Shown here: positions 30,371-40,408 of the stretch, piece after piece
Layout of the letters: every line of letters starts with the position of its first letter
How positions within the stretch are numbered: position 1 is the stretch's first letter
Source of the DNA: a virus
Virus record (IMG/VR): IMGVR_UViG_3300032240_003128
Direction: 5' to 3' (one strand)
DNA length: 64,000 nt
Translations under genes and position numbers: made by a program
The notes under the pieces: generated by a model
The model's database searches: none
Told to the model about the DNA's origin: nothing
Seen by the model: only the letters and a program-made list of their open reading frames with translations

Positions 30371-31450
30371 TCATTCCTGAGATTTGTTGATAATATCAAA
30401 ACCACACTCAACAAGCAAATTTTTATCCAGATCTGTTGTTGATATTTCAACAAATTTTCTAACCATTGTGTCAGCTTGGCTAAGGATTTCTTTGGCAATT
30501 TTTACTTGTTCTAATTCGTTTGATTGTGTTTTTTCTGAAATGTTTTTCTTGATTTTTATTGATTTTATACCTTTTTCTTCTAGTATTTTTATATTTTTGG
30601 CAATTACTTCTTTTTCTTCTTCGTCTATAAGCATTGAAACAAAAGATTTTTTAAGGACTTCTGGATCTAAACTCATCAAATTATCAATAGTGCCTTCAAA
30701 ATGCTGAGGGCTAAAATTATTTGTCACATAATTTATGATGTAATCATTATCAGTAATTTCTAAAATTATGATATTCTTTGTATCTTCAAGTTCTCCAAAA
30801 GATAATTGCAAAGGACTGCCTATGTACTCAACATTATTTGCTATCATTTGTGCGTTGTGATAATGACCCAAAAATACATGTTTGTAATTTTTGAATACAT
30901 TTGAACTAACTTTTATCATTTCTCCATCATGTTCAATTTCAACATCAGCTGTCGATCCTTTAGAGTTAAGTTTAGCGCCATCAACTGCTAAGTGACCTAG
31001 TAAAAAAGAATCTTGAGGATTTTCTTTTTCTAAATTTTGAATATTTTCTATTGGATTGTGTGTGAACGGAACAAAATGCCAGCTAACATTATCTATAAAA
31101 ATACGATCTGGTTTATCAATTATGTAAACATTAGGGAATGCAGATAGAGTACTAGCAGAGCTGATAGATGTTTTTTCGTAATACCATAGATCGTGGTTTC
31201 CTAATAATACATAGAAATTAATAGATCCATCAAGATATCTTTTTAATACAGCAAATGTTTCATGTAATACAATTGATTCTATTTTGGTACGGTCATGGAA
31301 AAAATCACCGCCAAATAATATATTTTTTATTTTATTTTTCTTAGCTGTTTCAAAGACCCAGACTAAGCAATCTAAACAATTGCGTAATCTTTCTTCGCTT
31401 TTTTTGTGCGGATGAAGATGTATGTCAGTGAAAAGCAAAAATTTTGCCAT
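30371..31450 (-). CDS. gp47: Mre11/SbcD (gp47-like) nuclease
   Basis: DIH, GDFF, GNHD, GHYH. Confidence 0.92.
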   Translation of the reverse strand: MAKFLLFTDIHLHPHKKSEERLRNCLDCLVWVFETAKKNKIKNILFGGDFFHDRTKIESIVLHETFAVLKRYLDGSINFYVLLGNHDLWYYEKTSISSASTLSAFPNVYIIDKPDRIFIDNVSWHFVPFTHNPIENIQNLEKENPQDSFLLGHLAVDGAKLNSKGSTADVEIEHDGEMIKVSSNVFKNYKHVFLGHYHNAQMIANNVEYIGSPLQLSFGELEDTKNIIILEITDNDYIINYVTNNFSPQHFEGTIDNLMSLDPEVLKKSFVSMLIDEEEKEVIAKNIKILEEKGIKSIKIKKNISEKTQSNELEQVKIAKEILSQADTMVRKFVEISTTDLDKNLLVECGFDIINKSQE

Positions 31451-31506
31451 GCTGTACTCATGAGAATGCGTCAGCTTAAGACATCATAATTATTATTATA
31501 ACCAAA

Positions 31507-31857
31507 TCAAAGATAAGCTTCAAGAGGATCTTTTTGTTTAATCTTGTCTTTGAAATATTTTTCTAACAAATCCCAAGCATTTAACTTTTTAATATCGGTT
31601 ATTGTTGTTTGAGTTGCTCCACCTGCGCCGCCGCCAAGACTACCACCTAAGCCGCCTAAATCACCACCGGGAGGAGGGGGCATTCCGCCACCGCCTAAGC
31701 CGCCTAAATCACCACCGGGAGGAGGTGGTGTTGCGCCGCCACCTAAATCGCCACCGGGAGGGGCACCGGGAGGGGCACCGGGAGGAGCGCCACCAGCTGG
31801 TGGTGCATCAGCTTCAGTAAAAAAATATTTTTTTCTAAATTGATGAATTGTAATCAT
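31507..31857 (-). CDS. Small Gly/Pro low-complexity protein with CTS-like N-terminus
   Basis: MITIHQF...FFTE|; PPPGGDLGG repeats. Confidence 0.75.
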   Translation of the reverse strand: MITIHQFRKKYFFTEADAPPAGGAPPGAPPGAPPGGDLGGGATPPPPGGDLGGLGGGGMPPPPGGDLGGLGGSLGGGAGGATQTTITDIKKLNAWDLLEKYFKDKIKQKDPLEAYL

Positions 31858-31875
31858 ATAAAATATATATGTTTA
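31858..31875. promoter_or_regulatory. Putative bidirectional late promoter
   Basis: 18-bp gap between divergent ATGs with TATATA (31864-31869) exactly central; no SD. Confidence 0.6.
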
Positions 31876-32307
31876 ATGAAAACATTTTGGGAATATTTAC
31901 ATAATGAAGAAATTGCTCCTATTGAAGCAAATCCTTCTCCTTCTGAACCGCCACCTGCTGTTTCCACACCGCAGCCTGCAACTCAAAGCTTTAGACCAAA
32001 GTCAAAACCTTGGAAAGCTAAGAAAAATGAAATTATGACATTTTGGAGATCTCTTGCTCCGAATTTACCTTTGCAATTAAAAGCAATAGATAATATTCAT
32101 AAGGGAAGTACATTACAGCAGGATACTTTGAGAATAACCGGAACAAAGGAATTTATTACGACTGTTTTATCAAGATTGAAAGATTTTATAATTTACGAAA
32201 ATCCAAACACGAAACTTGTCTTAGATTACAGACAGAATGCTAAAAGTTTGAAGCCCGGCGAGAAAAACAGTTATTTATTTTACCTTAACGTCAAGAACAG
32301 GAAGTAA
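31876..32307 (+). CDS. Hypothetical protein with CTS-like N-terminus
   Basis: MKTFWEYLHNE| then Pro-rich linker. Confidence 0.75.
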   Translation: MKTFWEYLHNEEIAPIEANPSPSEPPPAVSTPQPATQSFRPKSKPWKAKKNEIMTFWRSLAPNLPLQLKAIDNIHKGSTLQQDTLRITGTKEFITTVLSRLKDFIIYENPNTKLVLDYRQNAKSLKPGEKNSYLFYLNVKNRK

Positions 32308-32448
32308 TTTTTTTCTCAATCGTGTTTTAGCATGTTCTAAATTTTCTATTTTTTCATCTAGTTTCTTTTGTTTTTCTGCAATTTTTTGTATATTTTCATC
32401 CAATTGTTTTACAACAAATATAGTTTCATCTATCAATCTATCAATCAT
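32275..32448 (-). CDS. Small coiled-coil protein
   Basis: MIDRL start with GGAG SD. Confidence 0.5.
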   Translation of the reverse strand: MIDRLIDETIFVVKQLDENIQKIAEKQKKLDEKIENLEHAKTRLRKKLLPVLDVKVK

Positions 32449-32553
32449 TGTAAAATCTCCAATAAGAGAGACAATATTTATTAACGATGTTGACAAATTA
32501 TTGAAAAAATGATAATTTAATAAAGGCATATTAAATGCCACGGAGCATTAAAA

Positions 32554-33972
32554 ATGGCTACAAGCATAACAGTTAATAATGATTTTTGCCAATTACAAAC
32601 GGACAACAAACAATTATCTGATTATTTAATTGCGAACTTAAAATTCAGGCAAAAAGGATATCAGTTTTCACCACTTTACAAGTCAAAAAAGTGGGATGGG
32701 TTTGTCAATTTTTTCTCAGCTAAAACTGGAAAATTTCTTTCTGGAATTCTTCCAGAAATTTGCATGATTGTTAAAAAGTTTAATGAAGTTTACGAATTAA
32801 ATGATTTGAGAACACCAATCAAATTTAAATTCGATAAAATCGATGAGAATTTTCTGCAATATTACAATGAAGACATGAACACCAAGATTGAACTGACTGA
32901 TTATCAGGTAGATCTAGTTAATCAAGCTATTAAGCATAAGCGTGGGATTATTGTTGCTCCGACAGCATCTGGTAAAACATTTCTTATGTCTGCGTTGCTA
33001 AAAGCTTTAGGAGAGCATGAGCCAACTTTAGTTTTGCAAAATAGAAAATCCTTGGCTTCTCAAAATTATGATGAAATTTCTAGATGGGGATTTAAGAAAA
33101 TAGGATCTTGCTGGGGTGGAAACAATAATCCAAACACAATTACTGTAGCAACAGCACAGTCGATTCATCATTTAGAAAACAGATTGGATAAGATACGAGT
33201 TGTTATAGTCGATGAAGTTCATGATATGGTGTCTGAAACGGCAAAAGACATTTACAAAAAGCTAAAAAACGCTGTAATTCGAATTGGTCTTTCTGCAACA
33301 CCGTTTAAGCATGGAGAATCTGACAAAGTTCACAAGTATATGGTTAAAGGATTTTTTGGTCCAATTATTAAAACAAACACAACTTCAACAGGAAGAGTAA
33401 CAACGGCAGATTTGCAGCAAAAAGGAAGATTGTCACAATCAAGGTGTATTTTTTATAAAATCGACAAGCCAGATTTGGAATTATCAATCTACAGCGAAGC
33501 CGTTGATTTAGGAATTGTAAACAATATGCATTTGCACAACAAAGTTGTCGATATAACCAATGCTCTTTCTGGAAGAACTTTAATCTTAGTCGATAGAATT
33601 GCGCATGGTGATCAATTGAAAAAGTTAATTCCAACAGCTTGTTGGATAACAGGTAAAGATGATAATGATTCAAGAAAAGAAGTCATCACAATGCTTCAAA
33701 ATTCTAAAACAAGTTGTATAGCGATAGCCACACAGCAAATATTTAATACTGGAATTAATGTTAAGATACACAATTTAATCAATGCTGCTGGTGGGCAGGC
33801 TGATCACTTGATCATTCAGCGAATGGGTCGTGGTTTAAGAACAGCTGACGATAAAAAAGAAGTTTTGTATATTGACTTTATGTTTGAAAATAACACATAT
33901 CTTAAAAAACACTCAGCAAAAAGAGTTAAGATTCTGGAGAAGGAGGGACACTCTCTTCAGTTTCTCGATTAA
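32554..33972 (+). CDS. uvsW: SF2 DNA helicase, UvsW-like
   Basis: KWDG, PTASGKT, DEVH, SAT, QRMGRGLR. Confidence 0.9.
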   Translation: MATSITVNNDFCQLQTDNKQLSDYLIANLKFRQKGYQFSPLYKSKKWDGFVNFFSAKTGKFLSGILPEICMIVKKFNEVYELNDLRTPIKFKFDKIDENFLQYYNEDMNTKIELTDYQVDLVNQAIKHKRGIIVAPTASGKTFLMSALLKALGEHEPTLVLQNRKSLASQNYDEISRWGFKKIGSCWGGNNNPNTITVATAQSIHHLENRLDKIRVVIVDEVHDMVSETAKDIYKKLKNAVIRIGLSATPFKHGESDKVHKYMVKGFFGPIIKTNTTSTGRVTTADLQQKGRLSQSRCIFYKIDKPDLELSIYSEAVDLGIVNNMHLHNKVVDITNALSGRTLILVDRIAHGDQLKKLIPTACWITGKDDNDSRKEVITMLQNSKTSCIAIATQQIFNTGINVKIHNLINAAGGQADHLIIQRMGRGLRTADDKKEVLYIDFMFENNTYLKKHSAKRVKILEKEGHSLQFLD

Positions 33973-34237
33973 TTTCTTTAAAAAACAAATTAAATAAATC
34001 AATAAGCTTAGAAGATCTGCTTTTTACAATTCTTTTCACTTCGGTTTTTTCCGCATCGTTCATTTTGGTGTACTTGTTCCAAGTTTTTAATCTTTGTATT
34101 ATTTTTTTAGGATCAAAAACATTGATATTGGCATACCAACCTTTTTTGTCATCTATGTTTAATTGAAAATGATTTATAAAAGCATCTTTCTTTGTTTCGT
34201 CTTCTACGCTTTCTAAGAATTGTATGAAAGTAATCAT
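33926..34237 (-). CDS. Hypothetical protein with CTS-like N-terminus
   Basis: MITFIQFLE|; TATATA 5 nt upstream. Confidence 0.7.
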   Translation of the reverse strand: MITFIQFLESVEDETKKDAFINHFQLNIDDKKGWYANINVFDPKKIIQRLKTWNKYTKMNDAEKTEVKRIVKSRSSKLIDLFNLFFKEINRETEESVPPSPES

Positions 34238-34267
34238 ATGACTATATATTGGTAGGGAGAATTTTCT

Positions 34268-35077
34268 ATGCATTTTATTGAATGGGCTGGCAAATCACCT
34301 GACGTGATTTTTGGATTTGATAAAGGAATTCCATTAAAAAGACAAAATGTTTATAATGAAGAACCAATAGAACCTTTAAAAATTGAAAGCGTAATTGAAG
34401 AAATTGTTAATTTAGGCAAAATAGGGATGAAAGACCCTGTAAAAGATTTTGGTGCTATTGTAAATTATGGTAATCCTAGTCAAGTAGGATCTTTGCAGAT
34501 AAAATTTAGTCCACTTGGATCTTGTCGTGTTACGATTATGCGAAGAATTAGTGATTTGGAAGGTGATTTGACTTGGATTACTCGTTATGCTGTTCCTGTT
34601 ATTAATGATTATGAACATTTGACAGCCGAGGATATATCTACTGAAAAAATGATTGCTGTCAGGGTTCATGAATTGGCAGACTATATTGATAAAACACCAT
34701 TAGAAACACCTAAAAACAAGTATGAAAAGCTAGAAGAATTAGTTGTCATGATTGCTTCTAACATGAAACTTAAGCATCCTTCTGTGATGAATTTTCAAGG
34801 GGTCATGAGGCAAAATGACAACACTTATATAATTTATTTTTCATATAATGGATATGGAATTGAAGCACCGGGTCAAAGAAAAGTAAATCAATTTAATGTT
34901 TATATTGAATTTATCAAAGATAAAGGATTGATAAGATCATGGGGTGCAGAACACTCTGCACCCCACTTGTTATATAACTATGAACCACAACCGCCTGAAT
35001 GGGATGAATATTTTTCTTGTGATCAAAATAAAAATGAAATTGTTACAATTCTTGAGAACATTTTCAAGACTTATTGA
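34268..35077 (+). CDS. Hypothetical protein
   Basis: 269 aa; GGGAG SD; MHFIEW start. Confidence 0.75.
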   Translation: MHFIEWAGKSPDVIFGFDKGIPLKRQNVYNEEPIEPLKIESVIEEIVNLGKIGMKDPVKDFGAIVNYGNPSQVGSLQIKFSPLGSCRVTIMRRISDLEGDLTWITRYAVPVINDYEHLTAEDISTEKMIAVRVHELADYIDKTPLETPKNKYEKLEELVVMIASNMKLKHPSVMNFQGVMRQNDNTYIIYFSYNGYGIEAPGQRKVNQFNVYIEFIKDKGLIRSWGAEHSAPHLLYNYEPQPPEWDEYFSCDQNKNEIVTILENIFKTY

Positions 35078-35400
35078 TCTAGTTCTTGCAATTTGATATA
35101 ACATTCACCAAACACTTCGATGACACCTATGAGAGCTTGAAATTCTTTTTGGGTGTCGTTAATAAAATCTAATTCACGAATAACACGTTTAGTTTCACTT
35201 TTTGAAAATTTGATAGCAGCCTTTAATCCATCATTTTTAAGGATTTGTGTAACTTCACGATATGGCTTATCTTTAGCTTGAAAGTGATAATATGAAAGAA
35301 TGGCATCGCCGCCTTTTGCCTTTGCATCAGCAGCATTGTTTTGTGCGCCTTTGCGCCTATTCTTTAGAAATTCCAAAGGATCATCAGATTGTGATTTCAT
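35071..35400 (-). CDS. Hypothetical protein
   Basis: 109-aa ORF. Confidence 0.65.
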   Translation of the reverse strand: MKSQSDDPLEFLKNRRKGAQNNAADAKAKGGDAILSYYHFQAKDKPYREVTQILKNDGLKAAIKFSKSETKRVIRELDFINDTQKEFQALIGVIEVFGECYIKLQELDQ

Positions 35401-35429
35401 AAATTTACTTGTTGCTCCATAATATAAAA

Positions 35430-36155
35430 CTATTGATAGATAGCCACAAGAGGTATAAACTTCTCATTATATATTTTTTTAATATCATCCACATTGTAAT
35501 CTTTATATTTTTCGTGTTCTGTCAAACTAGCAATTTCTTTTTGTATCTCTTCCGGCAATCTCTGCACCCATTCGCTACAAAAACACCACAAAGGATCAAT
35601 TTGTTTTGCTCTTATCTGAAGCAAAATTCTTTTTATATTTTTATAAAAATTTTCATATGTGAAATTTTCATTTAATGTATCTTTTAAAGAAATAATTGTT
35701 TTTTCTAAAGCAGATATTATCATTTTATCATCGAGTTTTCTTGTGATTGTTTTGGTAATCATTTTAGTTTCTTCCATCTTTTTACGCCAAACATGATATC
35801 TTTTTTCTGCTTTTTCTCCTATTAGCAAACTTGGACTTATAATTGGATCTCTAGTCTCAAGCAATTTTATTATTTCTAATTGTGCTTTGATAAATATGAA
35901 AAATTCTGCTGGTTTTGTAAATACGCTTCTCTTGTCTCTGACATATTTTAAAACATATTTATAAGCAGATTGATTTATTGCTGGTTTTAAATCATTAAAT
36001 CTAGTGTGATTATAAACTGGAAAATAATGATATTCACAATTCAAATAATATATCAAAAGGTAATAGGCAAATATCATGTTTTCATCGCCTAAAAATCTTT
36101 CAAGCTGATCGGTTGAAACTTTGTAAACTTCACGCATAAATTCCGCCTTGGACAA
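35430..36155 (-). CDS. Hypothetical helical protein, weak resemblance to the gp59 helicase loader
   Basis: LLIGEKAEKRYHVWRKK pattern, size and location next to the replication genes; ORF itself is solid, function is a guess. Confidence 0.4.
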   Translation of the reverse strand: MSKAEFMREVYKVSTDQLERFLGDENMIFAYYLLIYYLNCEYHYFPVYNHTRFNDLKPAINQSAYKYVLKYVRDKRSVFTKPAEFFIFIKAQLEIIKLLETRDPIISPSLLIGEKAEKRYHVWRKKMEETKMITKTITRKLDDKMIISALEKTIISLKDTLNENFTYENFYKNIKRILLQIRAKQIDPLWCFCSEWVQRLPEEIQKEIASLTEHEKYKDYNVDDIKKIYNEKFIPLVAIYQ

Positions 36156-36197
36156 AATGCCAGTTTGTATTCATTACCCTGAAAAACCAAACCATGC

Positions 36198-36452
36198 AAG
36201 TCAAAATTTTTATTTTTTTTGGCATGATTTTTGCGAATTAATAAATACTAAGTATTTATGTTTATTTGTATTTAAGAAAAACATATTTTTGTTAAGTGGT
36301 ACTAAGTTACTCTGAGCGAAGCGAAGAGTAAGTTAGTACCACTTAAACTAAAGCATCCCTAAGTACGAAGTACTTAGGGATGTATTAATACTAAATACAT
36401 AAATACTTAATTCGCAAAAATCGTGCCAAAAATCGGCAAAATTTTTTTGACT
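36198..36452. repeat. Nested inverted repeat (candidate replication origin or cruciform)
   Basis: Arms 36216-36240/36408-36432 (24 of 25 match) and 36249-36261/36397-36409; inner hairpins 36292-36346 and 36354-36382. Confidence 0.9.
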
Positions 36453-36481
36453 TTGAAAAGAAATATGCATACATTTTTAGC

Positions 36482-37792
36482 GTGAGCATAAACGAAACTA
36501 TTTTCGAGCAAATCCACGACACATTTCGTGTCGAAAGTGTTATTTATCTAGAAATATTAAGCAATCCAGACCTTTCAGACAAAAAAAATCTTTTATTACA
36601 CATAAGACTTTTAGGACCAAAAGGTTCTAAATTTGAAATTAAATTACATCAAAACAACACATGTTCGTTTGTACACCATATAAGAAATTGTTTATTGCAA
36701 TTTAATCGACCAATAATTTGCTTGAATTCTAAGCTTTTTCAATCTTTCTGTTTAAAACAAGGCTGTAGAAATTTAATTGATTTTAAATTTATTTTTGATT
36801 TAAATTGGTTTGTTGATTATACAGACACCAGTTGTTCTTTTGATAGATTAAGCGATATATTTTCAACTTTTGTTAAATTTATTAAATCAGAAAATTATGA
36901 AATTTATACTAAAGTTTTTCAAAAATTAATTTGTTGTACTGTTCCATATATGGAAAATCAAGGAATCATTCTTGATGATGAAGCTACATTTGTATATCCT
37001 TATTATTCATCCAGTTTTCAAGAAAATGGTAGACTTAATTCAAAGTTAATTTCAAATAGAAACTTTAATCCACATACTTTGTCACATGAATCAAAATTAA
37101 ATTTTACACTACCAGATGATGAGATTTTTGTATCTTTTGACTTCAAAGCATTAGAGTTATATGTTCTTGCATATCTTAGCAATGATCCAAATTTAAATAC
37201 GATGTTATATAACACATGTCATCCGTATGAACAAATAGCGCAATATACTGTAAATTTAGATAGCTTTAAAGATCAAAATTACAAAGATTTGGGTAAGAAG
37301 TTATTTTTGCCAGCAATTTATGGAATATCCGCAAACAAACTAGCAGAATCATTAGGTTGTTCATTTTTGGAAGCTCAGAATGCATTAAGTAAAACAAAAG
37401 CTTTATTTTCAAAAGCTTTTGATTATGTTGTAGGTCAGATGGCTCAAGCAGAAAACTTTGGTTATTGTTTTGATTACTTTAAAAGAAAAAAGAGTTTTTC
37501 TGCAAATGATTCATATAAAGCAATGAATTTCTCTGTACATTCACCAGCTGCTGTCTTTTGTTTTATTAAGATGAATGAAATTCATTCATTTATTAATCAA
37601 AATTTCCGCCTATTGTTTTCAGTCCATGACTGTTTTGTTTTTGCTGTTAAAAAGGCTGAATTAAATTCAACAATAAAAAATATAAAAAATATTTTACAAT
37701 CAGAATTTGAAGATTACAAACCGCTCAAATTTATTGTTGATATTAAATTTGGTGAAAATTTAGGATTTTTGAAAAATTATTCTGAAATTTGA
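36482..37792 (+). CDS. Divergent, short family-A DNA polymerase
   Basis: GRLNS, motif A SFDFKALELYVLAYLSND, motif B KDLGKKLFLPAIYG, motif C VHDC. Confidence 0.85.
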   Translation: MSINETIFEQIHDTFRVESVIYLEILSNPDLSDKKNLLLHIRLLGPKGSKFEIKLHQNNTCSFVHHIRNCLLQFNRPIICLNSKLFQSFCLKQGCRNLIDFKFIFDLNWFVDYTDTSCSFDRLSDIFSTFVKFIKSENYEIYTKVFQKLICCTVPYMENQGIILDDEATFVYPYYSSSFQENGRLNSKLISNRNFNPHTLSHESKLNFTLPDDEIFVSFDFKALELYVLAYLSNDPNLNTMLYNTCHPYEQIAQYTVNLDSFKDQNYKDLGKKLFLPAIYGISANKLAESLGCSFLEAQNALSKTKALFSKAFDYVVGQMAQAENFGYCFDYFKRKKSFSANDSYKAMNFSVHSPAAVFCFIKMNEIHSFINQNFRLLFSVHDCFVFAVKKAELNSTIKNIKNILQSEFEDYKPLKFIVDIKFGENLGFLKNYSEI

Positions 37793-37847
37793 CTATTTTA
37801 GACTTAAGGCTCATATTAGGTCTATTGTTTTCAAGGAGGTTGGTGAA

Positions 37848-38402
37848 ATGAAAATATTTCAGTTGTTTAAGATTAACGCAGATGAATTTAGAGAACTTGA
37901 AGATAAATTTGGAAAACTTTGTTTGTATGCCAGTTGGCAGTTGATATCTAATAATTCTCGTAACAACCACCAGTTAGATGTTGATGATATTAAGCAAGAA
38001 CTTCTTATGTCTGTTATTAGAGCTGGAAGTTATTATAAAAGACAAACTTACATTGAATCATCGTTTGAAATTTTAGAGAAGTATGTATTAGATGATGGAA
38101 TATTTAAGAAAATTTTTGATTCTTTGAAGGATTTGTGGAAAAACAAAACACATCACGGTGCATATCGACGTAAATTTGGAGATCCTCAAGAAGAAATCTT
38201 AGAGAAATTAATTAAGAAATTTGTTCCGCTTCAACAACGTCCTGACATAAATTTACGACTTGATATTAATGCAAAATTTGTTATTTACACGAAGCAGATA
38301 ATATGGAATGCTGCTCGTCATGTCGGGAAAAAAATTACTAAAGAGAAACATCTTCGAGTGGGACAGGTATCATTAAGTGAACACGAACATTTGTACATTT
38401 GA
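37848..38402 (+). CDS. Putative sigma-factor-like protein (region 2 with an insertion)
   Basis: DVDDIKQELLMSVIRA..YY ... KFVIYTKQIIWNAAR; AAGGAGGT SD. Confidence 0.45.
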   Translation: MKIFQLFKINADEFRELEDKFGKLCLYASWQLISNNSRNNHQLDVDDIKQELLMSVIRAGSYYKRQTYIESSFEILEKYVLDDGIFKKIFDSLKDLWKNKTHHGAYRRKFGDPQEEILEKLIKKFVPLQQRPDINLRLDINAKFVIYTKQIIWNAARHVGKKITKEKHLRVGQVSLSEHEHLYI

Positions 38403-38410
38403 GGTTTAGG

Positions 38411-39940
38411 ATGACCCAACTCACGGAAGATCAACAAAAGCTGCTGGAAAATATGCTTCAGCAGCAGAACACACAAACCAAATTCCGTTGGGATGAAAAT
38501 TTCCAACGTAGAATGCTTGGTATTTTTTTAACTGATAGAAATTTCTTGCTTCAAGGAAAGTCTTTAATTTCGCCAGAATATTTCACTAATGAAGTGCATG
38601 TTGCGGCATGTAAAATTTTATTTAAACTTTTTGAAGAACATCCTTATGGTCTTCCAGATAAGATGATCATAGAAAATGATTTACTCGAAAAAGTAAAAGA
38701 CAAATCTGATTCTGTAAGAATGTATTACAAATCAGAACTGGAATGTCTGTATGAGTTCTTTATTCCAAACCAAGCTTCTAGAGATATACTTTACAACAAA
38801 CTGGTAAACTTTTCTAAGATTCAAAGTCTTAGGATAGCAATGGAAGAATCTCAAAGAGATTTAAAGAAAAACCCTGATTCTGAAGAAATGTGGTCTAAAG
38901 TTTACGAAAGATTTCGTAATTGTATGCTTGTTTCTAAGAATTTTGATGCAGGATTTCAGTATTTCACCCAAATAGATCAGTTTTTTAGTGAATTAGTCAA
39001 AGACGAAGAAAGAGTTGATAAATTTACATCAGGATTTTTGTCTATTGATTTTGAAATATCAGGTGGTGGACCAAGACGTGGTGAAATTTATGCTTTTATT
39101 GCTCTTCCCGGTGTTGGTAAATCTCTTGCTTTGGTCAAAGCCGCTGTTGAAAATGTAAACAGAGGATTCAAAGTTGCCTTCGTATCTGTCGAAATGGATT
39201 GGGTTTCCATTTCAAAAAGGTTTACTTCAGCTTATGCTGGAATGCCTTTTAATAAACTTATCAATCAAAAAGAAGAAATTAAAAGTATACTTGAATACAA
39301 AAGCATGGAATACGAAGACAAAAACAGATTGATTGTAAAACAATTTCCTGCCGGAAGTATTGATGTTAACGATATACGGGCTTATCTGAATCAATTAGAA
39401 TTGTATGGATTTTCTCCAGATGTTTTGATTGTTGATTATCCCGGTGAAATGAAAGATACTCCCGGAGTTCCTGTTTGGGAATCTAAGTATAGAATTATTA
39501 GAGACTTAAGAGGTTTGGCTTGCGAAAAGAAAATGCTTGTTTTTACAGCAATGCAGCCAAATAAATCTGCTTCTGATCTTTCAGCTTCTGAATTTATTGA
39601 GGAGGGTAACATTGGTGCATCATTTGATATGTTTAAGCCTCTTGACGGTTTGTGGTCTATTAACAGAACTACCGATGAGGCTAACGCTCAAGTTGGTAGA
39701 ATTTTCGTTATCAAAAGTAGAAATGGTAAATCAAGATACCATTTCCCTGTAGAATACAATCAAGATATGCTTACTATTTCAGAAATTGATTTTGATAAGT
39801 ATAAAACAAAAATGCACAATAAAGCTCAACAAGACGCAAATACTTATAGCATAACAACTGATACGACTAATATTTCTCATATTGATCCACCTAAAAAGGG
39901 CAAGAAGAAACAACAAAATCCTTCAAATCCTATTGACTAG
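38411..39940 (+). CDS. gp41: Replicative DnaB/gp41-like helicase
   Basis: ALPGVGKS, SVEM, VKQFP, IVDY, TAMQ, KSRNG. Confidence 0.9.
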   Translation: MTQLTEDQQKLLENMLQQQNTQTKFRWDENFQRRMLGIFLTDRNFLLQGKSLISPEYFTNEVHVAACKILFKLFEEHPYGLPDKMIIENDLLEKVKDKSDSVRMYYKSELECLYEFFIPNQASRDILYNKLVNFSKIQSLRIAMEESQRDLKKNPDSEEMWSKVYERFRNCMLVSKNFDAGFQYFTQIDQFFSELVKDEERVDKFTSGFLSIDFEISGGGPRRGEIYAFIALPGVGKSLALVKAAVENVNRGFKVAFVSVEMDWVSISKRFTSAYAGMPFNKLINQKEEIKSILEYKSMEYEDKNRLIVKQFPAGSIDVNDIRAYLNQLELYGFSPDVLIVDYPGEMKDTPGVPVWESKYRIIRDLRGLACEKKMLVFTAMQPNKSASDLSASEFIEEGNIGASFDMFKPLDGLWSINRTTDEANAQVGRIFVIKSRNGKSRYHFPVEYNQDMLTISEIDFDKYKTKMHNKAQQDANTYSITTDTTNISHIDPPKKGKKKQQNPSNPID

Positions 39941-39981
39941 GTTTTGATTTATGTTTATGGTTTAAACTAAGGGGGTGCGGC

Positions 39982-40407
39982 ATGGTTGAAAAAATTGGTT
40001 TGGGTGACAAGGAATGGACAATTGATTCTCGTGATCTTAATTTTACTGATGCAACACTTAATGCATTTTTTGAAAAAGTTGGCGCAATTATTGACTATGT
40101 AGGTGCTGGTCACGCCTTGGCAATGAAATTACATTCAATTGCTGAACTTGAATATAAGAAGAAATATATTGATAAGTTCAAAGATTTGAAAGATCAAGGA
40201 AAATCTGACAAAACAGCAGAGCTTTCTGCCGAAGGCGATCCAGAATCAATTGATTTGAAAAGACAAATAATTGAAGCAAAATATAACAAAGATAGACTTT
40301 ATGCTCATTTGTCTGCTTTGAATGCAGCTAGAGAAGACGGTCACAATAGAGGGCATTTTTTACGCAAGGAAATGGATAAGCTCAACATGGACATTGCTGA
40401 GAGATAA
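39982..40407 (+). CDS. Helical protein, possibly a UvsY-like recombination mediator
   Basis: 141-aa coiled protein with KSDKTAELSAEGD; replication context. Confidence 0.45.
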   Translation: MVEKIGLGDKEWTIDSRDLNFTDATLNAFFEKVGAIIDYVGAGHALAMKLHSIAELEYKKKYIDKFKDLKDQGKSDKTAELSAEGDPESIDLKRQIIEAKYNKDRLYAHLSALNAAREDGHNRGHFLRKEMDKLNMDIAER

Positions 40408-40408
40408 A

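Noticed and set aside
36292-36382. Retron msr-msd or tRNA-like RNA
   Set aside because: No reverse transcriptase in the window and no cloverleaf or T-loop; the loop motifs fit DNA hairpins better.
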